Assembly: GCF_964204645.1 (NCBI RefSeq)
Contig: NC_134030.1
Coordinates: 14,446,110-14,510,109, forward strand
Direction: 5' to 3'
Length of the DNA stretch: 64,000 bases
DNA from: Tubulanus polymorphus
Taxonomy: Eukaryota > Animalia > Nemertea
Of the stretch, positions 23,801-36,900 are shown one piece after another. Made by a program: the position numbers and the translations under genes. Within the stretch, counting starts at the first letter, position 1; each line of letters starts with the position of its first letter. A model generated the notes under the pieces. That model worked only from the letters and a program-made list of their open reading frames with translations. It was not told the origin of the DNA and made no database searches.

Positions 23801-25051
23801 TTGAACGTCAATATGGTGTTTGATTAATGAAGTGTTGCCTAACTCACTGTCGTCATTCGCGAAAACGTCGCGATATTCGCTAAGTAGGTTCGTCAGTGTC
23901 TGTTTCTCGCCCTTCGTCAGCTTGGCGTCGCTCAAGTCCACGTTAGGTGGGTTTAGGTTTGGCTTATCGTTTCTAGTATTTATGTGGCACATATTGCATC
24001 TTTCCTGGCTGACTGGCGGGGTGTCAGTTTCTTCCAGGGTTGAGTGAACTTGGAACGACTCAGTCGACAGGTGTCCCAGTGTTGTACCCTGCAACATCTG
24101 TATAGGATTGACCGTAGGGTTACAGATTCGAAAAGGGACAGTTTGGTTCTTTACTAAGGCAATTATTTTAGCCCCGATTAAGCTCGACTTTTGTAATTGT
24201 GTACTTGGGTCTATGTAGCACTCCGTGTCATCTCTAATTCTGTCGACGACCTTAGCAGGGATAACTATTTCATTGAATGGGGGGACGACTGTTGTCTCTT
24301 GAATGCAAATTTTAGTGTCACTAACTAGGTCGAACTGTCTCTGTAATGATAGTGGTCTACTCCCTGGAAATTGAATGGTACCGACCCCCAGATCCAATAT
24401 AGCGTTGTGGGATGTAAGAAAATCCATACCTAAGATGACATCATAGGCCAACCCTGAAGCTACGTGCGCGTCAATCGGGAAGCCTATGTTACCAATATCC
24501 AGACTGAAACTTATTTTCCCTAACATTTTAATCGGCGAGCCATTGGCTGAATGGACATTGCGACTTGTGGGCAGGTCCAATTGTTTATTCTTAAAATAAT
24601 CTAAAAATCCAAAAACATTTTCACTTATGACAGTTATCTCGCTTCCACTATCTACGAGGACAGTGACGGTGTTAGTGCCAATTTTCCCGTGCACTGAGTT
24701 AGCTACTGAGGCCAGAATTGTCTTTGGCCTATCGGCATCAACCGTTGGATTACGGGCGACATCTGAGTCGACTGGCCCCAAGACCATATCAGGGTCTCTC
24801 GATGCATTCCGTACATTAGCTACAGAATCTTGAAGTAGAGTCCGGTAAAATAATAGACTAGAATCGAGTTTAGACATTTGCGAGGACACGTAAGATAAAG
24901 CATATTTCGATTTCGAGTATAAGTATGTAGTGAGTATATATGAATAAGATATAAATAATGATGCAGTAGATATGACAAATATGTGTGTCCATCCTAACAC
25001 TGTAGCACAAGATAATTTCACAATCTTAATCATACAAGTAAAATTGACCAT
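20892..25051 (-). pseudogene. pol: Gypsy A pol: protease-RT-RNase H-integrase-chromodomain, frameshifts near 22180 and 21225
   Basis: LVDSGS; YLDD; HTDAS...NADALSR; HHCC zinc finger; IAIDCVGP/SDRG/GLTEKYN; GPY motif; chromodomain YSVECLLKSR...YLVKWVGDYPPSWQP. Confidence 0.93.
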
Positions 25052-25127
25052 TCCCGAATAAATTTCTCTCGGGCTCTTAAGGTATCTGGCGTAGGATTTA
25101 GATTGGACAGCCCGAATGAACCCACAT

Positions 25128-26312
25128 TTAGACGGGCTTCACTAAGTTTCCCCGCTTCGTCGAATACACGTTATCTGTTAGCGCACCCCGTGGTTGGTAG
25201 TTTTGATTTCCGGGATTATGATAGTTCGAAGGGCGCCCACGACGCGATCGAAAATCACGCCCATCTCTACAATAGGTTGCCGTGTGACCGACACGATTAC
25301 ATCGGCCACAAATAGGATCACCCGAGGTCGTTCGCTGGTTCCTATACTGATCAGGAGGACGAAAGTTCTGGGGAGGTCGTTGGTTGCGCATTTCCCTCAC
25401 CTCGTTTCTCAGGGAAGCGATCTCATCCCTTAAAGATTGGACTAGTGACTTATCGTCAGACATGGCTGCAACGGTTGCTGGCGGATCAAGCTGGTTAATT
25501 AATTCAGCCGTCAGTGCGTGGTTCACAGCCTCGTCCACATTTTTAGGGTGCTGTGTGATGACGAATTTCCTAATATCGGACCGAAGACCAGACATAAAAA
25601 TATGAAGCCGAGAAGCGGCTGGAGTACCCAGTTTAGTAAATTTTGAAGTCAGGTCTTGAGAATAGGGGCGGACTGGCTCGTGTGGACCCTGTTTTCGGCC
25701 AAGAAGTGGCTGCTCTTGTACCCAGTACAAATCTTGAGGATCTAGCTTCGTTTGTAACCCCGCCTTAATAACAGAATATGTAGGGGGGTCTGGACCAGAG
25801 TGCTGGGCCATTACATCGTCATAGTGGTCGCGTGCAACACCTGTCAAATAGACTGGGAGCGCGGCGGCCTTCATGTCGCTACCCCAATTGTTCAGCACGG
25901 ATAGGCCTTCAAAGTCTCTTATGAAACGAGAAAAATCCTCCGAGGCCGATCCAGAAAATTTATCTAATTTCGGTGGCTGGAATGTGGATCTCTGAAGACG
26001 GTGCACAATTGAGTCGATAGACCGTATATATGGTTCGGTCTCACGAGCAGTAGTTGGACTCGGTACAGAACCTAAAGGGGATTGCGGACTCGGTGATCGG
26101 GGCCGTGGTCCTGATGGAAACGGGCCGGTCGGACCGAGCCGAGAGATGGCCGTGCGAGGAGTACTCGATGAGAAGTGCACCGCTGTTGCGACATTAGAGG
26201 GAGATGTTACAGCCGGGAGGATCTCCCGCGTAATCGCTGCGGGTCGGACAGTGACCGTCCCCGAGTCGGTGCTACTGTCGCTGGTACCGGTCGATACATC
26301 TGTCACCTCCAT
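25128..26312 (-). CDS. gag: Gypsy A gag
   Basis: Capsid-like KFSGSASEDF...LTGVA; CCHC knuckle CGRCNRVGHTATYC. First ATG at 26312. Confidence 0.88.
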   Translation of the reverse strand: MEVTDVSTGTSDSSTDSGTVTVRPAAITREILPAVTSPSNVATAVHFSSSTPRTAISRLGPTGPFPSGPRPRSPSPQSPLGSVPSPTTARETEPYIRSIDSIVHRLQRSTFQPPKLDKFSGSASEDFSRFIRDFEGLSVLNNWGSDMKAAALPVYLTGVARDHYDDVMAQHSGPDPPTYSVIKAGLQTKLDPQDLYWVQEQPLLGRKQGPHEPVRPYSQDLTSKFTKLGTPAASRLHIFMSGLRSDIRKFVITQHPKNVDEAVNHALTAELINQLDPPATVAAMSDDKSLVQSLRDEIASLRNEVREMRNQRPPQNFRPPDQYRNQRTTSGDPICGRCNRVGHTATYCRDGRDFRSRRGRPSNYHNPGNQNYQPRGALTDNVYSTKRGNLVKPV

Positions 26313-26540
26313 GATAAAAATATAGGCAACGTGGATAGGTTCAAAGTAATATAGGTACCAAAAATATAGACACAATAGCTAATAACCCGAAAGCAAGACG
26401 ATATCGACTAGACAAAAAACAGTGATCATTAAATAGGACTGCAATAAATCAAAATCATTAGCGGTAGAGCACACGCTTGGTAACAGCAAGAAAGTGTCTG
26501 AAATAAAGAAACTGATGGTTAGAAAAAATAACACTCACCA

Positions 26541-26559
26541 GGACCGTGGTTCTCTACCA
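26541..26559 (-). promoter_or_regulatory. Primer-binding site of Gypsy A
   Basis: TGGTAGAGAACCACGG begins 2 nt inside the 5' LTR boundary; resembles a tRNA-Ala-type PBS. Confidence 0.7.
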
Positions 26560-26561
26560 AA

Positions 26562-26906
26562 TGATACGTCGGAGACTAGCTCAGAAATGTTCCAGGTTCC
26601 GTAAAATGAAACAATGTCCAATCATGAATTTGAGATATACGAGTTTATTACAACCGACTGGTCCGGATGAGTGTGGATGTGAGAATGGCGAATGATCGAG
26701 GGAGGGGTGCTACTATATATTCTAAAATGATAGGAGTAGAGAATCTCTCACCGTCGGGATCGGAATTCCTTACCCGATACGGTAAACTGACCGACGGTTC
26801 AACTCTCTACATGAAATGAATGAGGAGGTGAAATGAAGATGGATCATGGAATGAAATGATGTTAATACATACACACAATCTACAATAATAAATGGGCTAT
26901 ATATCA
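26562..26906 (-). repeat. 5' LTR of Gypsy A
   Basis: Direct repeat of 15070-15414. Confidence 0.95.
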
Positions 26907-27063
26907 GTTCTTTCGAGAAACATATTGAGCAAGAAATGGCGATGAATTTACCCCAAACACGACTCGATATACATCTGGTGGCTTGTTCGTCTGCAGGTCC
27001 CGCCATAGGAATCTGTGGTATGGCCTATCTTCAGGTGCTATAGATATTTGAAGATACATCTCT
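26907..27063 (-). pseudogene. Continuation of the interrupted BEL/Pao RT
   Basis: Minus strand reads [21 protein letters not shown]...[20 protein letters not shown], joining across the GTTC TSD to AEKYGDRYPLAARTVL. Confidence 0.88.
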
Positions 27064-27382
27064 AACGCAGTCTCAAATGTTTTGTTACTTTCTCAAAATG
27101 TATCAAAAATTTAACTAATTTTTAGTTCATAAGTCCTCAAATATTCATTAATGAACAGTTAAAAATTGTTGAAACATGTCGACTCTGCCGTAAAATCAAG
27201 CTATTAACGACCCCGTTTGTGGGATAATGTCGGGCTTTAGAGAACATAATGCCCCCGAGGTCTTCACATTTACAGATAAGATTACGTAAGCGTTTTGCGC
27301 GCAACACGCGGTAGGCACACAATAGAAATCTGAGCCGCGCGTTCTTTGATCATCACCTATTAAGAGGACCGCTATTGTGAAA

Positions 27383-27558
27383 ATTGACTGCGGGAGGAAT
27401 ATTCCTCCCGAAGTCAATCGATGGAAACTTGACCAAGGGGTCCGATATTCAAACAATTGACTTTGGGAGGAATATTCCTCCCAAGGTCAAGCGAAGAGAA
27501 TTTGACCTTCAGGTCTTATATTTAGAATATTGACTTTGGGAGGAATATTCCTCCAAAT
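27383..27558. repeat. Three palindromic units at 73-bp spacing (probable transposon subterminal repeats)
   Basis: TTGACT(T/G)(T/C)GGGAGGAATATTCCTCCC(A/G)A(A/G)GTCAA at 27383 and 27456, with a truncated third copy at 27529. Confidence 0.85.
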
Positions 27559-28691
27559 CTCTTAACGATAAAAATCTGACCTTTTAAAATGATAGGTGTT
27601 GGTGATTTAGGTGATTTGTTTTAAAAAAACAGTACCTAATAGAGCGACAAAACATCGCATTACTCATAAAACCTTTATGTACGAACTCCTCTGATAATTA
27701 CGCTGATGAATGATTGACGTACAGCTTACGCATTAAGTAAAGGCTATACGTCACGAACGTCGCGATTTTATAGGGTCAGTTTAGACTGTAAAATTTGTTA
27801 ATTTCGTTTATTTGTTTGTATTTGTTTTACATCGTATAGAGCTTAGCTTAACCCCACTGGACAATTCGTTTAACCTCACCACGTGGTGGCATTTTAAGTT
27901 TTGTCCGTACTAGTTGTTAGAATGTCTTTTTCTCGTCTGTGACTAGTGTCGATCTCGTGATTGGCATATGACGGGGGTTCGGAGTTTTGCTGAGAGCTTC
28001 CTCGATAACTTGTTGTATTTCTTGCATTTTGCCATGTCCCTTTCATGTTTATTTATCAAAAGAATATATCAATGTTCATTTAGTATACCGTTTCGTTACA
28101 TATAGGGCAAGCCATCAAGGGCCCAACGACATAGGTCCTATCTTTCATCGGAATGGATCATATTGTGTGTCAATACGATGTAGAAACGCTAAGTTCATTT
28201 ATTAGGCATTGTTTAAAAGTGACAAACCTTGAATTAGAATGGGTAATTAGACCGAGCTCAAAATATTCTATATAGGTCAGACGACTATTGTAATAATCAA
28301 TTCGTGAATTGTCTACGTTGGAATCATTTCTAGAAAGTAAATATTCACACATCAGATTAAGGTTAGATTTGCACTCGTGCATAGAGGACGGCGCATTCAA
28401 AACTCGCAGCGAAAAAAATCTTGTCGGTCCAAACAAACTAGAAAATTATGATTTTCAAATACAAAAATGTCAGATTTATCAATAATATTTCTTTCTCTAA
28501 TTAAGGCGTCTATCTGATCCCATGACCGCTACAACATTGTAATCCTTGCTACGGGCCTGGAGAGCTGAAAATCCAACCATTGTGAATGGTTTTATCCACT
28601 GAATAATGAGCAGTTATTGAAAAACGACACTACATTATATTATTTCTATTGGTGCAGGAAATTGTATTCACAAGATCAAACTCTAGTATCC

Positions 28692-28745
28692 GTCAGACCT
28701 ACGAGCAATTATCTAATTAGTTAGATAATTGCTCGTAGGTCAGAC
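28692..28745. repeat. Near-perfect palindrome (collapsed MITE remnant?)
   Basis: GACCTACGAGCAATTATCTAA-TTAG-TTAGATAATTGCTCGTAGGTC. Confidence 0.8.
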
Positions 28746-31233
28746 AACCATGCCTGATAAATCATCTCCATTGTGAATCAGAATGAACAACATAAGACTT
28801 GTTTCGATAGATACTTGAGAAATGGTATATTATATATCGTTCTTCAGCTTAACATACAATCAAATGAATTAGTTTTAGATTGTCTATACTTTCTTCAATG
28901 CGGTAGTCAACCAAATCGGACATACACCATATACGCGGTCTTCTTTTGAGTAGGCTTTGCTAATTTTACATATAACTGTGACACCTGGATGGTCAAGTGG
29001 TTCGATGTCTGTGGCCGAGAGAGTTTCAGTGGATTCTCGATCTATAACGACTGCGCCTGAGACCTTTCGAACTGCCTTTTCACAAGATATAAGTTTGTTA
29101 TCCTCGGTTATCAGAGAGATGAAAACTCCGTAATTCTTCCAGTTTGTTAGAAGAATATCTCCAGCCTAAAAATTGAATTTGAGATCATTGTCTTTTCAAA
29201 CAACATGTATATGTAATGTCATGAAGTAATTTGGGCTTTTACACTTACGTCGACCTTTAGTTTTTTTTTGTCAATTTAATAGAATATCCTCTCCGAGTAC
29301 AGGGTTTATCTGTACATCCGAAATATCCATCGCTGCAACGACTGAAATTAAGATGACATTTATTACCGATTGAGAATTTTAAAATGACTTGAGCACAGCC
29401 ATTAATTACAGTCAAATTTAACACAGTCAAATTTTGTTCTGAATTCATTTTGTGATCAATTAATGTATAATCAGGTTTACCTTTTCCAGTGAGGGAAGTT
29501 TCATTTTTCTTTCTCTTTAATGGTGGTTGTGCCTAATAAGATATTTCACATTTAGAGTTTTACCAAAAAAATTCTTCTTCCGATAGAGATTATCAGTTTA
29601 TTTAGTCATGTTTTACCTGCACATCGGCCAATTGTTTCCTGAATCCAGCGTTTTCCATTTTCAATGTTTGATTCTCTACTTTGAACGATCTAACTAATTC
29701 AATTAACCGTTTATTTTCAAGCTGGAAAGTAAAACAAATATCGACTTCACAAGTAATATTCATTGCGTTGAACGTATAAACAGCACGACAATTAAACCGA
29801 TGAATGCATAATTGGCTTAAACGTCTTTAATTGAAGAACACGCTGTACCAGAGTATTAAAACATGTTTTTGTTTACAAATGTTTTTGAACAAAGAAGCAA
29901 AAGACTATTATGTTCCTCAAGAAAAAGAGAAGTTATGACGTAATGAATAATGTATCATCTATACTTACATCTAGATCATTACACTTCAGATCAGCTTTGT
30001 TTTTTTCTCCCTCACATTTTCTTAAATTATCCTGAACATAATTCAATTTAGTGTTGATGAAATAGACAAATAGATTATGATAATAAAAGCCTGAACAGAT
30101 TTTCTTTTTTAATAATTACCCGTAAATTTAGTGTTTCTCGCATTAACTCTTTTTCTCTACTAGACTGTTCGATTACATTTAAGTTCTGTACAATACACAA
30201 GTGAAATTCGTTACCCTTCAGACAAATATCGAAGCTTATAAAATCGAATTCAATATGATTTTCGAAATGATTTTGATACCTCGTTCTTGTCTTGTAATAC
30301 TGATTCATCGTTGCTTGAGTCGTTGGTGTTATTTGCTAAACTCATCTAAGACCGAATGAATGAAAAGAAATGGTAAGTACTATTAAACGTATAATTCTCC
30401 GTAAATAATTATCTGCTCTCATTTGTGACTAACAATAACAATAACAATAACAGATTATTCTGAATGCAATGTGTTAAGCATTGAAAAGGCCTTTATGCGC
30501 TTCCCTGATAAGACGGTACGAAACACATGTAATCACATGCATGTATCCCTGTTCTTTTAATCACCTCGAGGTTTGATGTATCTTGACCAAAATCATTTTC
30601 ATCATCATTATCACATAAGTCGTCATTTTCTGAGACTTTTGATTGTGCCACTTTCTTTTTAGCTGTTGTTTTTGTCTTAAGGAAGACGTCATATTCCCTG
30701 TCAATATGTAGATAGATGTATATGTATAAAAACAACGATTTTTTTATATGCATTTAATTAAGTAAAAATTTCTAGAATTTGTATACCCTCTTAGAAGTTT
30801 ATAACGGGAATCTATCAGACATCTTGCACTAGACAATTGATGGTTAAGTAAAGCGTAACAAAAAGTAATTGACCTGTTTCAGTTAATTGTGTGAAAACGA
30901 TCAAGCACTAAATGATTAAGTTACTACACTACCTTTTACGAATCAACACATTAACAATAGGCAATTTCACAAGTAATAACGATCGAGGACATTTAATCCA
31001 CTAAATCACTTAAGTTATGGAACCAATTATGTTGCTTTTACATATAAATATTCGTGTGATCCACTTCTTGCCATCATATATGCATTTGGATTATCCTACA
31101 GGACTTTGGATTACACTTTCTTTACGAAGAATAGGGATATTGCACGGAAAAACTCTTAAGAATGGACTTAGAAGCAATATGATTACAAATTAAATGGGAA
31201 CCTATATAATATGTATTCAAAAAGTCGAGATCA

Positions 31234-31417
31234 TACGGAAGCCCCTTGGTGACATACGAGATAATTTTTTCACAATTTCGACTTATTATGTCGAATTTCG
31301 ACTTAATATTGAATTTCGACTTATCATGTCGAAATTCGAGTTATTAAGTCCAAATTCGAGTTATCAAGTCCAAATTGTGAAAAGAATTATCTCGTACGTC
31401 ATCTAGGGGCTTCCGTA
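31234..31417. mobile_element. MITE with internal tandem repeats, in an intron
   Basis: TIR TACGGAAGCCCCT/AGGGGCTTCCGTA; 6-bp TSD AGATCA; internal ~21-bp TCGACTTA...AATT repeats. Confidence 0.88.
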
Positions 31418-33994
31418 AGATCATGTCTAGGTTTTACCTCTTAATATCCTTGATGTTCGTGGATCCTTCAATCAAACTTGAAAGCCTCTCTCGTAAACAC
31501 CCGGATAATTCAATCAGTGGTTTAGCCAAGTAGAGTGTCAGTGGATTTGTTCTTGTCGAATTTTTAACTTGTTTCTGTCCAGGAATCTTTTCCTCGTCCC
31601 ATTTTTGCAGAAACTTCACCCAAAGGTCACATTCAGCCTTGCTGAGTTGCGCAAATTTGAGCGTTATCCTATATTTGTTATTCAGCTGTCGTCGCTAAAA
31701 TTAGAATAAGACAAGTGATAAAGTGTGAAATCTGGAATGTCAGTGTAATTTCATCTAGTAATCATATCAGCAATATGTTCAACTCGAATAATAGATATAA
31801 TTATATAATAGGTATAATATAATATACCGGTATCATTTATATCATTATCTCCTTCAAATCACAAATGGTTATGGGCTTCGCTTACTGTTTTGCAATTAAA
31901 CAATCGAAGACAATTTGTCTTCCATGTTTCAATTATTTCTTTGCCAATCGGCGTAGGCCCATTCATATCGCTCCGCTCAGCAGTGCTGTACAAAGAGCCG
32001 CGTGCCACCATTATTCCGTCGGCAAATGTGGGTTTTAGAATTATCTGGTTAACATCGTTATGCTCCAGTGCAAGTACTTTGCACGATGTATCATCTAGAT
32101 TAGAATACACTTTCACCAGTACATTTTCAAGATGACTACCGTGTTTGCCTGAAATTGGAAATAATTTCATATTTTATAATTCATTTCATAACATATCTAA
32201 ACCACGATAGAAAGAAAATTTATCAAATCAAATTTCAACCGAGTGATTCCGCGTCTAATCTAGATCTATCGACTCTAGATCACAATAATTCCTTTGGTTA
32301 CGTGTACATTAAGAAGGAATTAAGAACTAAGAGAAGATAAGAAGGAAATTTACTACAGAGACAGAATTTTGCTTGTAGGAGTATGAGTCGCTTGATTGAA
32401 TATGTTCATTTATACTACTGGCTAATTAGTAGTAACAAAATACCTATGTACACAATTCATTCCTAAATATTTTTATAAAAAGTATTGTTATCTTGGGGTT
32501 TCTATATCTAATGTTCAATAATCTAATACACGTAATTTAAGTTATCTCGTAACCATATCAGCATAGAGAAGATATATCAGGTGAACAAGAAATTGTGAGT
32601 TCCCCACATATTGCAACTGGAAACACAAGGCTGGAACACAGCTTGAGATTTGATTATTCGTTCCATGTCCATGGCGGTAGCATTAATTATCAAAATTATC
32701 ATGATTAACAGTGCATTCGAGTTCAGTTTTTTACTCTAATTTTTGATAGAGACTACATTTTTACGAGTGGATATTTGCCGTGGGGATTTTACCAGTTTTA
32801 ACTCATTCACATATTAATGGATCTTACCTTCACTTATCAGCTCTTGAATAGCTTGCCGGGCGTGATTCCCGCCAATAACTTCAAATTCTAATTCTTTGAG
32901 ATTGTTCAATTGAAAATCATAACAATGTACCAGCATGATATTGAAATAAGCTTCAGGATTCTTGTCAATTGATCTTTTTATATTCTCTATGTGCGGCGAA
33001 CATAGAGGTCTAACTAAGTTTTGCCAACGTGGTGCTTTGAGTTGGTTTGCGCGAACAGTAAACACCCCTTGAAAATGTTCATCGATGGCATCTGTAAGAA
33101 AATTTAAATTATCTCTTGTAATGTTTGATATCACTGTAATGATATAATATTGATATATACAGTTGTAAAAGAAGCAAATATACTGGTACACACTTTTGAT
33201 AAGGGTTTCCCGTGGAAAATTGAGCTTTTTCTTTTGGGTTTCACCTTCCATTTCATTTGCACAAGTCTGCGTATCTGTTCGGCTTTGATCATCGTCTGTA
33301 TCATCATAACTCGTAACATCGTTACTGGTGGCTGAAATACATATCAGCAATAAGTAAATTGTTTAAATGGTAGGGATATTACTAGGAAAGTATTAATAAT
33401 CTACGTAATTGGTTTCGGTTACTGCTAATTCAATGGTAGGATAAAACCCACAGCGCATGTATATAACAAATTTATTTTGACGTTTCAACTCAAAAACTAA
33501 GGCCGTCAGGGTCAAAAGCCTAATTATACGGCCATGATGTAAACCACTCACACAATACTAAACAATGCCGAACCAGTTAGCACTCACATGCAATTCGCCA
33601 GAAAGCGCTCTTGTGATTGTGATTGGATACATATATATCCCAATGATTAAATGATGAATTAAATCATTAAATTGCATTATCTGAGACGAAAGCCTACCAC
33701 TACCAGTTTTCGTTTGGGACGTTTGTTAATAGAATTGTTGAAATAGGTAATTTACATACTTACTCCTCTCGCTACAATATCGGTAATCCAGATAGGACAA
33801 ATGAAAATCTTTGTTCGTTGAATGATTTCCGAAACCGTCTGGTGCGCTAAAGTATTCTAGTTTAAGATTTTTAGCCGACATACGTTCCAGTAATGCCTAT
33901 AATATATGAAAAAAGGTAATATTATAATTGGAAGACACGGATTTTTTGCCGAGTTAAAGGTATACATCATGTGATTTATATCCAACTTACCAAT

Positions 33995-36900
33995 TGTAAA
34001 CGCCTTCCCTGTTAGACTACGAACGACGAAACGACTGTATTAGAAGACGTCTAGTTTATTTCTCACCCACAGTACAGGGCTCAACAGTATAAATACTTGT
34101 GTTCAATGATGTGTAAATCACAAACTGCTTTAACATATAAAAGAGAATTCATGCTTGAAATGGTATACACTGAATACAGTTAAATCCAGATTACAGCATT
34201 ACTTATTCACTATTATAGTATTCACATCCTCCCGCCGCCAAATGGCAGTGTTTTAATACATATAAGAAGATTTTCAATTGGTCTTCATTAAAATTCAAGT
34301 ATTCGTATACAGCTTATTACAACATCATACATGCTTACAATTACATAATAGTTACAATATAAATTTTTCGTGAACCTCATTGATTACTCATTATCCTCCC
34401 GCCCCGCCAAAGTAGCGATCTTTCTACGAGCATCAATTGCAGCACGCCGTATTGGCCGTACGAAGGAATTAGTATCAATTGAAGAGTCATCGATTTCCTT
34501 ATCAGGAACCGGAAGAGTAGAACATAAAATTTCCAATGGAAATAATTTAGATATTGGTCGTGATGTAAAACCTGAAGAAGTTTTCAATGAAACTGACCTA
34601 ACCAAACCATCACAACCCTTATGCAGCTCTGTTATAATCCCCAATCGCCACTTTGTACGAGGTCCCTCATCGTGAATTTGAACTACTTCACCTATCACCG
34701 GAGGGTTGAAACCACGACCTTTGGTTCTATGAAAATCTCGTAAACTCAATAAATACTCATTCTTCCAACGTTTCCAAAAACCATTAAGTAATGTTGATAG
34801 AAATTTTAATCTATCAACCAACATAGAACGATCAACAATAAAATCGGGGTCTAATAAATCTTCGGAAACGTCAGGATGAGGTAAAGTTGTTAATTTATGA
34901 CCACACAAAAACATAGATGGAGTTAACGGCTCTGGGTCTCCAATTTCTGTTGAAACGTATGTAATTGGTCGGTCATTTAAATGAGCCTCTATATCAATCA
35001 ACAATGTATTCAGTTCATCGAAAGTGATCGAAGCTCTACCTAACACTTTCTTCAAACAGTTTTTAACAAGACCAACGATTCTTTCATAGAATCCACCGTG
35101 CCAGGGGGCACGTTTAGGTATGAATTGCCACATTATCCCGCGATCTGCCGAAAAGCGAGATACTTCTTCTGATGTGAATAATTTTTTAAGGATCTCATTT
35201 GCACAAGTGAAAGTTGAAGCGTTGTCCGAAATTAGGCGTTTAGGTAGAGATCGTCTAGCCACAAACCTTCTCAACGCTAACAAAAATTGCTCAGTTGTTA
35301 GGTCACGAACCAGCTCTAAATGAACTGCGCGGGTGACTGCACACGTGAACAAACAGACATGACATTTTCGATCACCATTTTGAGATTTAACAGTCATTGG
35401 ACCAAGGTAGTCCACACCCGTAAAATGAAAACAATTAGATTGCGTAACTCGACTAATTGGTAACGGAGGTGGATTCGGCAAGAAAAATGGTCGACAATGT
35501 ACTTTACGACAAACCACACACCTCATCAGATAACGTTTAACAAGTTGTCTGATTTGAGGAATCCAATACTTCTCACGAATTTTGCAAATTGTAGAGCTCA
35601 AACCGTCATGTAAGTTGTCGAAATGAGCACGACGGATAAATAATTTCGTCAAATCATGATACTTAGGGAGAAGTATTGGATCCTTCGCAGTATCCGGTAT
35701 CGGTGCGTTTTCGAAACGCCCGTGACAACGAATTATATCATTTCTATCTATGTACAGTTGTAACTGATTAATGATAGGTAAGCGGTGTGAACCGTTTTTA
35801 TTACATATTAACTGTTCTCTAATTTCCGAAAACTGCTCAAATTGCATGGCTTTAACTATCTTAATATCTGCATTCTCAATTTCTTCAGCCGTAACTGAAG
35901 ATGTAACACGTTCGCTCACTGCTGCACGGCAGTTAGATATAAATCGATAAACTAATGCTGTAACTCGTAAAAGTTTCGTCAAAGACGAATGTTCTCTAGC
36001 AAATAAAAAGTCGAGCATATGACTCCTATCTTCTGAAACAGGAGATTTAAGATTTTGCTCTCCTATTGTTGATGATGAATGAAGCGCCAGAAGTGATAGT
36101 GATGTAACCGGTTTCTGTTCACTAGTTAACCATTTAGGTCCTTGGAACCATTCGGAATTTTGAACTAGGTTCGATTTATCAAATCCCCGGGTAAGAACAT
36201 CTGCAGGGTTTTCTGAAGTTGGACAGTAATACCAATTTTCTCCCACTAATTTTCGAATCTCATTCACTCTATTCTGAACAAATTCAGGCAACTTCTTCTT
36301 AGACTTTATCCAACATAGAGCAATTTGGCTGTCACTATACAAGTGAACAGAAACCGGTGTAACATCCTTTAATGCTTCACTAATATGATGAGACATCCTA
36401 GCTGCTATTAGAGTAGCTAATAACTCAAGTCGAGGTATCGTCATATCTTTTAAAGGAGTGACAATATCAGTGTACTTTCAGTACCACACTTAAGATACGA
36501 GACGGCACTTTATGCCATCTTGCTGGCATCCGCAAATGTATGCAGTTCTATCCTATTTGAATCCCTGTTATGAAAGTAACATCTTGGAATATGAAAATCA
36601 GAAACTACATTTAATTCGGATGCTATTTGCTTCCATTGTTGACACAGATCAGAAGGCAATGGCGTATCCCAATCAAAGTTTTGTCTCCACAAATTTTGAG
36701 CGAAAATCTTTGCCTTTATAGTCAATGGAGTAATCAAACCTAAAGGATCGTAGATTTTTGACAAGTTCTGGATAACTACCCTCTTAGTTAAAGGCACATC
36801 AGCATCAATAAATTTTGGTTTTAGAGATAAAGTGTCTCGATCTGTGTCCCAACGAATGCCAAGCGAGTCTATAGTCAAAGAATTCTCTAAGACGCCATCT

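Larger units (their letters stand above)
15070..26906 (-). mobile_element. Full-length Ty3/Gypsy LTR retrotransposon with env (element A)
   Basis: Two 345-bp LTRs (TG...CA) with about 5 differences; 4-bp TSD GTTC (15066-15069 and 26907-26910); PBS, PPT; gene order gag-pol-env. Confidence 0.95.

Noticed and set aside
19133-25605. Plus-strand ORFs overlapping env, pol and gag (and similar shadow ORFs over the BEL and Polinton genes)
   Set aside because: Antisense shadows of real coding sequence with no motifs.
27383-27558. CRISPR-like array of palindromic repeats
   Set aside because: The spacers resemble each other (degenerate tandem unit), the context is eukaryotic and there are no cas genes.
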